A model generated the notes under the pieces. It had not been told where the DNA came from. It made no database searches and was given only the letters and a program-made list of their open reading frames with translations. A program made the translations under genes and the position numbers. DNA of 63,185 nucleotides, the filler included, from Sphacelaria rigidula (lineage: Eukaryota), in assembly GCA_964200075.2 (NCBI GenBank). It is 9 parts of 9 records of this genome, joined end to end, with 100 filler letters (N's around TTAATTAATTAA, not from the genome) between each part and the next. Parts side by side here need not be neighbours in the genome. Positions count along the whole stretch, not along the records: positions 35,161 to 42,092 come from CAXNAA020017351.1; positions 42,193 to 49,123 come from CAXNAA020017352.1; positions 49,224 to 56,154 come from CAXNAA020017353.1; 6 more parts are not named here. One strand, written 5' to 3'. This document shows, piece after piece, positions 38,136 through 50,099 of this stretch (its first letter is position 1; every line of letters starts with the position of its first letter).

Positions 38136-41100
38136 AAGCAGACGCCCGGAGAAGCGGGCGAGCGCGGTCTTGCTCGGCGCTTGGTTGGTGTCCAGAACGA
38201 AATAGGTTTCCCAGAAACTCAGAGCGAAAGTGAGCACCGTGTACACAGTTCGCAAAGCCTGGGCATAGTTTCGCGATACAGTCAGTGTAAGCTGAGGAAT
38301 TGGCCTCAGGATTTCTTGTGAGATCACTTCTTTTTAGAACGATACTGCCGACTGGAGATGAGCTGGAACAAATCATTTGACATCCATATCGTAGCCTGTT
38401 GTGGTGTACGCTGTTCTTGCAATAGGACTTCATTATTGGTGAGGTCGATGGTTGAGCTCTGGTCTTGCGACTCGCTTGGAATCGTACGGTTCAGACTCTG
38501 TGTACCAACGTTTGCAGTACGCTGTACTCGCTCGGCTCAAAAATGATCCGCCCCAATCCAACCTGCGTATTTATTACGGTGTTGGGCACAATAGACGTTA
38601 TCAACTGGTCGGAAAAAATGGTTGAAATTAAAACATACTCGTTTTGGTGCTAGTCGGGGCGATGGATGAAGCCACCAACAGATACAGGTGAGCAGTGGTG
38701 AGCAGTAGACCCAGCTTGTCCAGAACGTGTTTTGTTCCAAAATCGGCTTAAAGGCATCTATTTGAGCTCTGGAAACCGCACACTGTGCCTATGGAGCACT
38801 TTGCACCTCCCTCGTCCGAGGGTTCTCGGTATGTCTTCGTCGTGGTCAGGGTTGGGGTTAGCGTTCGAGGTATGTAGGAGACACCTCATTATTCGCATCA
38901 ACCATTCTTTCCGACCAGTTGGTAAAGGGGCCTCGTGAAGCACGTGGAAATATTTTTTTATGGCAACATGGAAAGGGGAATATGTTTCTTGTGAAAGACA
39001 CCGTTGCGAGCATCCTACGGGAAATTGTACCTGTGTACATGTAAAAAGTATGAAATCGTATCTGTATGAATATATACGTCGGAAGCACATTATGTTGTCA
39101 TACTCGGCAACAGGAAGAAATGAAACAAAGGTGTGAGAACACTAAGCGAGTCCTCGCGCTCAACCATCGACCAAAGTCCGAGCCAAGAAAAGGGCAAGGT
39201 GCAGAGGTGTTTGGAGAGGGTCTGGAGTCGGGTGAGACATTTCATCATGTGAAGTCGATGTATGAAAAATTTATTCGGATAGGTAATTTGTCCTTGCGGT
39301 CGCTGAAAGGGAAAACAGGATCGAATCATTATACCATGATTCGATAGTGACCAGCCACTACACTTTTTGATATGAGCTCGAATGCAGGACAGTGTTATTC
39401 CTTTTCAATAATATGGAGGCGGAATTTCGGAAAATAGGCGCCCCAACACCGCACACCTTGCGTCTGATGGAGCTGAAAGTTGATGTGTGTGTGGGTTGAA
39501 GCCGAAGCTGTGTGTCGACGCGGCAGTTGCGGCGATCCAATGCGTTTTAAGCGCGGCGTGACCTGAAACGAAGATTGTGGACGATGCTGAACCTGTCCCG
39601 AAAAGTAGAACACTTTCTAATGACAGTTCTAGAGGGTAATGGTATCAAATCCGTGCGGAGCCAGGGGCATATCCTGCCAGCCTTGTTGTCTACATCGGCC
39701 CCCTGTCGGTCGAGCCTGGCACCAAGACGAGAATTTCTCGACAGTGAAGGTTCTCTATATGTTGGAGGTAGATGCCGTCGGGGTTTAGGCGCCGTGTCGA
39801 GCAAAGCGGGGCCGCGCAGAGTAGCCAAAGAGGAGAGTATGTTCAGCCGAGGAGCACTACGAACCTGCTCCGGCAGCAGGCAACGTTTCTCCTCCTTCAG
39901 TGCCAGATTTACCGTTTACCTCATCACGGCGGCCTGAAAATGATAGGGGGGGGTTCTTGTAGTTTTCTTCTATCGCAATCAACCGGATATTCTGCGTCTT
40001 GCTGATCCCACGTGAAGATATTGACATTTCCCTGACAGGCACGCCGTCGGCGTTTCGCGGGCTTGACGTCATTTTTATTCGATCCTAGTATACAATATCC
40101 ACCACCCCAGCAGCCATCTGTCGCAACAAGTGTACTGCATACAGTATAGTACTTTGTTTGTATCGCGATCGCATTTTTCGTACTGTACGCAGTACACTTA
40201 TCGACAGCAAATGCCAGGGGTGCACTGCGGAATACCGCGGGTATAAACAGGAAGCGTGGACAGAGAAACATATCTGGCAGCAGTAATGTCTATCGGCACT
40301 CCTCGTGCAGTCACTGCAACACACCGTCATCGCGGATCTTCCGCGGTGACGGTATTTGTGATGGACATCTATCGCTTCGAGTTTGGATAAGACATCGAAG
40401 CCTGTCGCGTGAGATGATGCACGGTGACAGCACCGTGCAGCGCGATCGACTGTCACAGGTAATTTGAAGCAAACACGGCGCACGAGTCTTTTCACCGCAC
40501 ATTCCGACGGTGCTGGGATACGGAGACCTTTAATATCCTTGGCGTCATGTGATAGAATAAGTTACAGCCCAGGTACGCGCGGGATTTTCGTGGCCAGTTC
40601 GGGATCGCTTCTCATTACAGCTCAAGTGCACGTACGCGAGGCACCAGCTGCGAAGGCCTGGGGTGATATTACAGTAGGGGCGTACTTTCTTTGTCTGGGT
40701 CAAAATTTGTTTTTTTGCATTTATCTAATCCAAACACGACTGATGAAATATGTGAGATTGCGCCAGGTTGGTAATTTCAAAGTACGAAGAATATCCCGAA
40801 TGAACTTGCATACGAGGATGTCCTCACTCACACTATTATTGTGCATCTAAAGTCGTTCGGAGCCCCTGAACCAGACAAGATTTTGCGTCAAAAGTGCACT
40901 CCTGCCGTAGCATTGCTCCCGGGGGGAACCTTGCCCTCTCGCGTTATCATGATGACCCCCCAATATTTGTGGCGATCAGCATTTCGATGGGTTTTTGTGC
41001 ACCCATTGGGATATGGATTGTCTGTAAAGCACCGTCCGTGCGCCCAACTTGTCGTCGTAGTCGTTGTAGTTGTTGTCTACAGGGTTAAAACCGTTCCTAC

Positions 41101-44100
41101 ATCACCGCATCGCTTTGTACCTGGCATATTACGCGGACGCTTCCCATGGTACTAGGCAAACATTCCAAACATAGGGCTTAAGAGATTAAAAAACCCCAAT
41201 CGTGGTACGAACAAAACACACAGATGCGATACAAAAACAGAATAAAACGAATGAAAGTGGTATCAAAACAACTGTAACGCAAAGAAGAAGACAAAAATAG
41301 GGGGTCGTCGGCGCGCGCGATCGCTTCGCGGTAGCAAGTCGTGCACACCGCACGAGCATACATATCGCAAATCTCGATAGGTTTTGCGTGCCTCCCCGTC
41401 CTTCGCGATGATATCCAGCCGCCGTGTGCCGCGAAAACGCACCTAAATAATTTCACGCTTCGCACCGCTCGGTGACTAATACAACCTGAAATGAGTGTTA
41501 CCGTGCAGCACCGCCAGAACAATCAAATGACGCCCCTGCACGGCACCGCGCCACATGAACACTCTCGCCTCTACCCGCCCCGGTCCCGGCATAAATGCCG
41601 TCGCACCGCACGGCCCGCAACTTGGGACGCTTCCACACTTCCACACAAATTGTCTTTCTCGTCGCAATTGCCACCACCTTATCACCCAACAATTATCTTG
41701 GCATCACACATGACGGGCGGGCCGTGGCGCATTCACCACGGCCGCCAAGTACACCCGCCGCCGGGTCCGGGCGTTGGGATTTGCGGGGCAGAATCACGGG
41801 GTGACCGGCGTTACTACAGCATAACTTCATCTGCCCCGTCCCTGCGGCCGCACTTCCTCCCGTCAAATGTCATGCCTTGCCATCCTGCGGCGCCTATCGT
41901 CCCATGGACATCGGGTAAATCTTTAGACCTGTCCGACGTGAATACCTGCGCCACTCCCTGTAACAAGCGCGCACGACGGTGGTGTGGCGTGTTTAATTCC
42001 GGTGATATTCCAGCATGAAGTTGCTCTATTTGGATCATTGATTGATTGTCGCACTTTGACTGCCCCCCCAGGGATCTAGCCGTGGTCTCATGNNNNNNNN
42101 NNNNNNNNNNNNNNNNNNNNNNNNNNNNNNNNNNNNTTAATTAATTAANNNNNNNNNNNNNNNNNNNNNNNNNNNNNNNNNNNNNNNNNNNNAAAGATGG
42201 ACACAATCCCGGGGAGCGGTGGATTCTCATTTCAAAATACGTTCTCATTTTTCTGGCAACCCTGTTAGGTGAGGAAGATGTGACCGATGTGACTAGAACA
42301 ACAGCAAACACAAGTGTCGCACAGCGACGCATGGACAAGATCAAACGTTTCCAGATACGAGATACATTATTCAATGTGTCCACAACTCATGAGCACCGCA
42401 GCACCAGACGGGAGAAAACGGGGGGAAAGGAGAGTGCCCGGCATGGCACATCACAACCAAAACACAATTCGAATATTTTCACCTGTACGCAGGTGCTAAC
42501 ACCTGCACAGCCACGATATATCTCACTAACTGTACCCTGTCGAATATCTCGGTATCTTATGATATCTTAGTGCTGAATAAGGTGAAGCAACTCACTTCAT
42601 CACGCACCCTTGGTTCCTCTCAGCATCATCGAACTGACGAACTGCAGGCAACACTACACAAGCAAGAGCTGAAGGAGAACACCCGGACCCTCCGGTGACC
42701 CTCCGGGAAGCATCTATTTCAGCCGTTCACAACACCACAATCTCATCTACTCAGCCATCAAAGCTCACACCCGGAATCTGTCCTCAATATGCCACATGCT
42801 GCATTACTATTTTGCATGGATGGCGTGTTGCGACATTCCGTACTCTCAAAGAAAGGTCACTGAACTATGAATGACAACCTTATCTCGCAGTTGTAATAAT
42901 CACTTATCAATTATTGTCGACTGCGATTCAGAGCAAATGCAAGCTTCGGCATCATCTCTGACTTGCTAAACATCACGTGACGTCATCACGTTACTCACTC
43001 GAACATAAATGTTTGAGAGGCCACTGACTCAAAGCCCTCTAGCTAAAATAAAGAGCACATGAACAAAGGCACAACGGAAATTCCACTTAGCCTACTTGAT
43101 GTTTATTTTGACACTCCTATGGTGCTCTAAACTTGTAACGTCCGAAACCATTCGAATCGACCTTTAGAGGACTATCAGTCTGGACAGAATGACGTTGAGA
43201 ACACAGTGCTGTCTAACTATGCAAAGTTGAAGAAGTGACGTGATGGCAATGCGGCTGGTGTGTCTTTTTTTGGTGCGGCTTTCCAGACGCAAAGCTCCCT
43301 ATTTCTAATCTTGCGCCGCAGGATATGTTTGATGAACCCGAAGGGCTACCAGGCGTGTAGCTAGTGTCTGGCGCCCCTAAATTTTGTAAACGACTGCAAG
43401 AGCCGTAGGTGGCGGTTAGGCGATCCGTGACGGCGTTGTGTTTACGTAAGGGTGCACGGCAGATAGGCTCGAAACCGGGACTGCGGTTCGCAAAGTGGAA
43501 CATCCCACCCCTCCTAGGGCTGTTTATCGTTCAGCATGCACGGTAGATTCTGTCTGAGAACGCGAAGTTGATTCCCTCCAGCAGGAGGCGATAGCTGCCA
43601 AAAAGGCATGGGAGAGCTCAAACATGATCTTGCCTACTGTACACAAAGTTGCATCAAGTCGTGTAGGTTTGTATTGTGGGCTGAGATCACCTCCTGGGAA
43701 TCGATTTATCAACGGGTGACCCATATCGGTGTAAAATTGATCATAATATAATCATTGTGATTAAGGGTTTTCAGCATTTCTCCTGTTGTCTGAAGACTCA
43801 ACATCGCTTTTCACATGCCGCAAGAGACGAACGCTGCCCAAAATACATGGAAGAGCTCAAGTAAATCATCCGGCATATACGGAGATGCATCGAGTGGCGC
43901 GAGATTCGTACCGTGAAACCAGATGGGATTTTGAAAGCCAGTCGATCATCAAGTCATCACCCATGCAGGTGGCACGACACGCCACTTTTGTTTCTCACTC
44001 TAGCTAACTGAGATTCAATACCCCATCGGAATTTAGGAACTTTTAACTCTCGCCCCTCCCTCCTCGGAACTAGTATGTCGTCTTCAGGGATCAACCCTTG

Positions 44101-44653
44101 CTCCCCCCCACTACGTGCCCGACATGTTGCTATCGCGAGGTAAGTCAGTACTCCCAAACCGGGTCGACTCGGGTTCAAATCCCTTGCCGGTTCGCGTCTT
44201 GACGTGTTCAACTGCGGAAACCATACTCTGAAAGACAAACCCGTTAACGTCGGGATTTGAACATGAACTCTCCCGCCTACACAGACTATGGGTGTACTAG
44301 TCACACCATCGGGGAGTGGCGGCTTCCTAGGGGGATACTACGGGAGACAGCTTGCCCTAACTTGAAGAGCCCACCCCTCTTCACAGCTACTACTCTTGAA
44401 GTATGGCTTCTATTGCTGCTAAATCACTATGCAACTCACGCCATTCGTGACCCGTACAACCTTAATTGTGGATTGAAGATCGGAGCGGTAATGTCTCAAG
44501 AACACGCTTCGTGTGCACTTTAAAAAAACATAAACCGTACTCCTCGTCACGCCTTGCCCCCACTTTGCTGCCCACCCCGCTGCTTTTCACTAAATAAGGA
44601 ACAGTGAACGAGCTATCTTGACGGCTTCAAGCATCCTGGAACGTCACACTAAC

Positions 44654-47600
44654 ATGTTTGGCGGGGAGGCCAAGACTACGGACGAATTCGTGTTGGACAG
44701 AGGTGAGAACAAGACATCCGACAGGGCTCCATCACATCTCGAAGTGCCCACTTCTGTCATCACCGGATCCTCGCGGGGGGCTTTCGCCGAGGGCGGGACA
44801 GCTGTATCGCGGCGTACGTTAAACGAAAAGGATGACGCTTACCACCAAGCAACACGCATATCGTTCGGGGCGCACGTAGCTACGCATGACGTGAACGAGC
44901 ACACGAAAGCTGGGAAAAAACCCTGGAACCCTCGCGTCATTTCTGGAGTGCTGCTGTGGGTTCTTTTCGTCACCCTCGCAGTAGGATGTGTGATGGTGTA
45001 TATCAAGGGGACGTTTGCCTCGGTGTACGGCATCTTTTATCTCACAGGTACGATAATATCACGGCTAGAAACGTCGCATTGAAGTCTAGGTTGGTGGAAG
45101 TGTATGCGTAGGCAACAACAGAAATAAGCCGCTCAGCCAATTGATGTGAGAAAGAGATATAGCAAAAGGGTACGGTTTCATGGGCGCGACAAATACTTGG
45201 GGTCCTTCTCGGCAAGTTTGGTGCTATTTCGTAGCCCTGTGCGGCCAGCCCTGAGCGAAATCGTTTTTTTCGCTCGACCCTGAGCAAAATTGCCAACACC
45301 GCAATATACGATACCCATTTTTCTAGCTGCCAGGGAGGGTACCAAACCGTGAGCGCTTTCAATATTCTCTGCTTGAGTCTTCTCTCGGATCCAAGCATCG
45401 CTGCGGTCAAGTTACCCCGGAACCCGGATAGGATTGACTTCGGTGTACCTCCCTCCTTCCGGTGCATCATCTACGCCGCCACCTGAACCGCCTGGACGAT
45501 GGGAAAGAGCCACATAAGAGACTCCCACAAAGGCTAGCTTGGATTTCAAAATTCCAACATGTGTTTTTTATGCAAAACACCTCAGAACGTGTCACGATGC
45601 GGACAATTCTGAGCCACTGAACCAGCCAGTGCTCACTGATTCGAAGGCTCACCGGTCGAATGTCTGCTTCACGAACAACATTTGGGTGACTGGAGTCGAT
45701 TTTTAGTCTGATGCTGCAGGATACATGATTTGATCAGTAACCCATGCTACTGGACGATCGTTGCCTGCATCGTACCTCTTTATGTGTTGCGCGTCTATCC
45801 GCAGGCTACGGCTGTCTCTCAATCGGGTATTACTTTCTGACCATGTGCTTCGCCCTTCTCAATCGTCGGCACGTCGAACGTCTTAGGAAGGCTGACTTCG
45901 ATGACGTCGAAAATGTATGGAACCCCCCCGTCGTCGTAAATGTAGTGGGGTACCGTGAAGACCCCGACTACTTCAGGAGGTGTCTCTCCTCTGCGAATCG
46001 TCTCACGTACTCGAACCTCCGCGTGATCGTTGTTTCCATCGATGGGAACGATAAGGATGATGAAGAAATGGCCGAGATTGCAATGAGCATCTTCCCGGAC
46101 GCTATTAGGATCAACATGCTATCCGATCCGTTTGCGGACAGGTACACCAGCTTTCTGCGTCTGGTTCCTGAGGTGGATTTTACCTGCTCTCAGGCCAGGA
46201 CGGTATTCGTCGTATCTCAGCCCCACATGGGAAAAAGGGAAGCCCTTTACTCGTCGTTCAAGGTAGCCGAGAAAGTTGGTGCTGAGTATATCTTCAACAC
46301 AGATTCGGATACCATCTTGGATCCTATGGCTGTGACGGAGATGATTCGTATGACGAAGGGTAGACCTGACGTAGGCGCGGTAGCCGGAGAGTTGACCATC
46401 TTCAACGACACAAACTGGCTTGGAAAGCTCACCGCGTCCCGGTACTTGATCGCCTTCAACGTTGAGAGGGCATCTCTGGGATACCATGGAGTTGTCAATT
46501 GCATCTCAGGCCCCATGGGGATGTACCAGGCAGCAGCCGTCGTACAAGTCATGGATGGGTGGGTGCATCAACACTTCCTGGGGGTGAAGTGCTCCTTTGG
46601 AGATGACAGAAACCTCACCAACAGGATCCTCGCACTAGGGAAGAAGGTGGTCTACACTCACAGAGCAACAGGTAGAGTACGTAACGTAAATACCGGTGAA
46701 AGTCGTTTTGATTTTGCCCGGCACTGTTGCCCTGCACTTCAAGGCCGTCGCTACTTCTCATGGCTCACGGGTAATATTTCGCTGTATTGCCCGTGGTGTT
46801 GCGCTCTCTCCATCTGTTTGGCAGGCGCAACCGAGACTCCGCTGTCCTACCCGCGCTTTGTAGCACAGCAAACGAGGTGCGACTCGTTCTTGTGCGAATC
46901 GTTCTTGTTACTGCTGTGCTCTCACCCGGAACTCACCGAGTTTCTCTGTGTATGGACGCGCTACGCACAGTCACGAATACGTTCAGTCACCGTTCGTCAC
47001 TTGGTTGCTTCTCATTAGTCGAGGGCTTCTCTCTCAGATTTGCGAAGTCAGATGGAAACACACGAATTCAACATTATGGCAGTTGTATGGGAGTATCGTC
47101 GAGAGCGTTCATGAGTTGCTGCTCTCACTGCGTACCGGATTACCCGAGTATCTCAGCACAGCCACTATTGCCACCAGGGTTTTGTTGCCGCGACGGTGGC
47201 TCACCGATGTGTGCCCACCCCTTCTCTCCCGTCGTGGTATCGTATCTTGACGCCATCGGTCGATGAACGTCACACAGGTGGTCCAAAAGCTTCTGGCGCG
47301 AGATGTACCTCCAGCTCAAGTGGTCAAGGTTCAGCCGGCGCGCCATGTACAGCCTGTTGGACAATTTGTACGGGCTTTTGTTCCCGATCCTGGTAGTCAT
47401 GACTATTCTCACGGTTGTGTTCTCTCGCACGTGGACATCTCTGTTCGCGATCGGGATCATGACTCTTCTGACTCCAGTGTGTCGCGCTTTGTTTGTTTAT
47501 GTGATGATCAAGCGCGACCGTACGCTGTTCTACAACGTACTGTACCCGTTCATGTATTTTTCAACCCTTCTCGCTGTAAAAGTAGTGGCTTTATTCACCA

Positions 47601-47734
47601 TAAGGAACAATACTTGGGGTACTTCGTCGAGGAAGAGAGTCGTGAAAACCTGGGCTCCTGTAATACCCGTGTTTTTTTGGTGGGGCATTCTCGGTTTTGG
47701 CTTCACCAACCTCGCCTTCGGAGGAGGTTTCTAA
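44654..47734 (+). CDS. HAS: Class I hyaluronan synthase-like processive GT2 glycosyltransferase, 589 aa; exons 44654-45047, 45805-46671, 46825-46876, 47278-47734
   Basis: The exons sum to 1770 nt in frame (intron phases 1,1,2; all GT-CAG). Motifs: GYREDPDYF..CL, SIDGN, QPHMGKREALY, TDSDT, RYLIAFNVER, CISGPMGMY, QHFLGVKCSFGDDRNLTNRIL, TETP..Y.RF..QQTR|WSKSFWRE (formed only by splicing), WGTSSRK. Two N-terminal and about four C-terminal hydrophobic segments. Confidence 0.9.
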
Positions 47735-48384
47735 AGTTCAACCATTAGATAATTTGCAGCTACATCCACAGTGGAATTAACACTCAAAAAGTATTCAGAG
47801 GCTGTCAGCGGTTTCCTTGGTGCTCGGAAGAGTCGTCATGTCACATCCGTGTTTTTGTCGTGTGCGTCCCTCGTTGTTCCTGTGCGATATTGGATGGTGT
47901 TGTGAGTGCGAGAATGTGCTGTGTTGTTCCACCCGAAACCTCACTTGTACATACCCTCGAGAAGTCTGCGTTCGGTTTGTGTTTATTGTGTCAGAGCCGC
48001 GCCGACACCTTTATCAGAGATAGGCTTAAGTTCCGCGCGCGATTTGTTTTCTTGAAATTAAGCTCGAAATTCAGCTCGTCATATTTGTTTCATGAGCTTA
48101 ATTTTATTTTCAAGCCTCGCTTGAAGCATTTTTAGCGCAAATTAGGCGCGCTTTATGTGCTTTATCCCCGTCCTTGTTTCGGTGTTCTGGCAGTATCCTC
48201 TCACGAGGCGCGCCTCCTAACATGAGAACAACACAACGAGTTGAGCATTCGATTTTTTTATGCTTGTTTTGTTTCCAAAATTAGGCTTTTCATCAGTCAT
48301 TGGGTTTGAAGGACACAACCTGCACATCTACACTCTCACCCACGTACGAAAACAATTACAGGTGGCCACTGGGGGCAGGCTCCA

Positions 48385-48590
48385 GGACCTGGCAGGCACC
48401 TTGCGCAACCTGACTAGGCCAGTTAGGCTATCCACCTTTGGTAAGGTGTCAGGTTGCGCAAGGTACCTTATGCAAGGTCCTGTAAGGTACGTTGCACAAG
48501 GTTCTGCAAGATACCTTGCACAAAGTCCTGTGAGGTGGTCTTGCAAGGTATTCCACAAGGTCCCGTGTGCAACCTTGCACAGGGTCCCGC
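48385..48590. repeat. Degenerate ~22-bp minisatellite built on CCTTGC(AC)AAGG palindromic units
   Basis: Recurrent GGTACCTT/ CCTTGCACAAGGTCC motifs. Confidence 0.65.
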
Positions 48591-49007
48591 ATTTGGAAAG
48601 ATGCCAACGTCTCCCACAAGCTAGAGCCAACAATATGAAGATTTCTTCGCAGTTGATTATGTCGTGTATGCTTTTCCTCTTTGAATCACATGATCCTGCC
48701 GCCTCACATGAACAAATATACACCCCAAAACAAACGAAAGTGGCAGATATCGGCCCAAGAACAATCCTATGAGTAATACTGCCAACAAGTCGCAACCCGT
48801 ACGAATTCCATCCCGTAGACCCATTTAAACCATTGAGAACCGTGGTGTATGACGCGTCTATCATATATCTCTCTATATATGTAGCAATTATCGAGGCCAT
48901 CAACCATAAGTCTCACATCCTCACCCTATCTTGATCTTCGGCAGAAAAAAACAGACAAGAAGCGTTATAACCCCTCCCGTCCCTCTTGATATCCAAGAGG
49001 AAAACAC

Positions 49008-49045
<38 letters not shown>

Positions 49046-49375
49046 ACACGACGAAAGAGAGGAAAAGAGCAGAGACATAGAGCAGGAAAGGAAGACTTCA
49101 CATAGGTTCCCCTGGCTCACTCCNNNNNNNNNNNNNNNNNNNNNNNNNNNNNNNNNNNNNNNNNNNNTTAATTAATTAANNNNNNNNNNNNNNNNNNNNN
49201 NNNNNNNNNNNNNNNNNNNNNNNCTGACACACTTATAGAGCCTCTTTTTTCGTGCAACCGAATACCCCTCCCCTATCGTAGGATGACTCTTCTCATGTAT
49301 GTATAGCAGTAAACACGTCCTCCGGTGTAGTGCCAAGTGTGTATTATGTATATCTACATGTATGGATGCATGTGT

Positions 49376-49757
49376 TGATCTACCGACGTTCGGGGTTACC
49401 TGTGCGTAACTGCCGAGCGCCGGGCCTTCATCTGTGCGATGATGGTCGGTTCGGACTCTTGCATGTTTTGCGCTCGTCAACATGGACGTGCCGCTGTCCA
49501 GGATTGCCTCGGAACTGCCCGACAACGGGTCTTCTTCTGCACCTCTATGTTCTTTCGCTCCCCTTATGTTACTGGTTATCGAGTTTGCACGCTTTGCGCT
49601 CGTCAATATGGACATGCCGTTGTTCGGGGCTCCCTTGGGACTGCCGAACGCCGGGTCTTCTTCTGCACTGGGTGTGATTCGAATTTCACGGGGGGGCATG
49701 GGTTTTGTTATTGTCTGATCTACCGACGTTCAGGATTACCTGTGCGTAACTGCCGAC
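49376..49757. repeat. Nested direct repeats: ~41-bp at 49376 and 49716 enclosing two ~75-bp copies (49467, 49593)
   Basis: TGATCTACCGACGTTCRGRTTACCTGTGCGTAACTGCCGA twice, and TTTGCGCTCGTCAAYATGGACRTGCCG...GGGTCTTCTTCTGCAC twice. Confidence 0.8.
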
Positions 49758-50099
49758 CGTCAGATCTTCTTCCACAAGTCTCCTGTCTGTGGGGATGTCC
49801 GGAGTGGTTTGGGCGTTGTGTCTGCGTGTACTACTGTTGTGTCTTCGTTAGTCATGGGCCAGTAAATTACCTTGTCTTGTTGCTGACGTACCTTTGCACG
49901 TTCGTGCAACCCGTTGTACCTCAGAGTCGACGGGGTACTGTGATCCTTTCGGGCAGTTATTCGCCTGTTTGTTGTTTATCATGTCATTGCGCGGGGCGGT
50001 TATCTCATCGAATCCTTCATACGTGTGAGCTCTACTCTCCCATCTACTGTACTGTGCCGACATTTACTTTTTATGGCACGTCTAGGTGGGGTTGATCAT

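Noticed and set aside
42571-43775. Solo LTR upstream of the HAS-like gene
   Set aside because: TGCTGAA...TTCAGCA ends are possible, but no TSD or second copy supports it.
44125-44195. tRNA gene (GGTTCAAATCCC B-box); also 60705-60730 on the minus strand
   Set aside because: No complete cloverleaf; at most a tRNA-derived SINE head.
45744-47018. 424-aa ORF as the complete synthase
   Set aside because: It reads through a 153-nt in-frame intron and lacks the W of QxxRW and the membrane segments. The spliced model restores all motifs.
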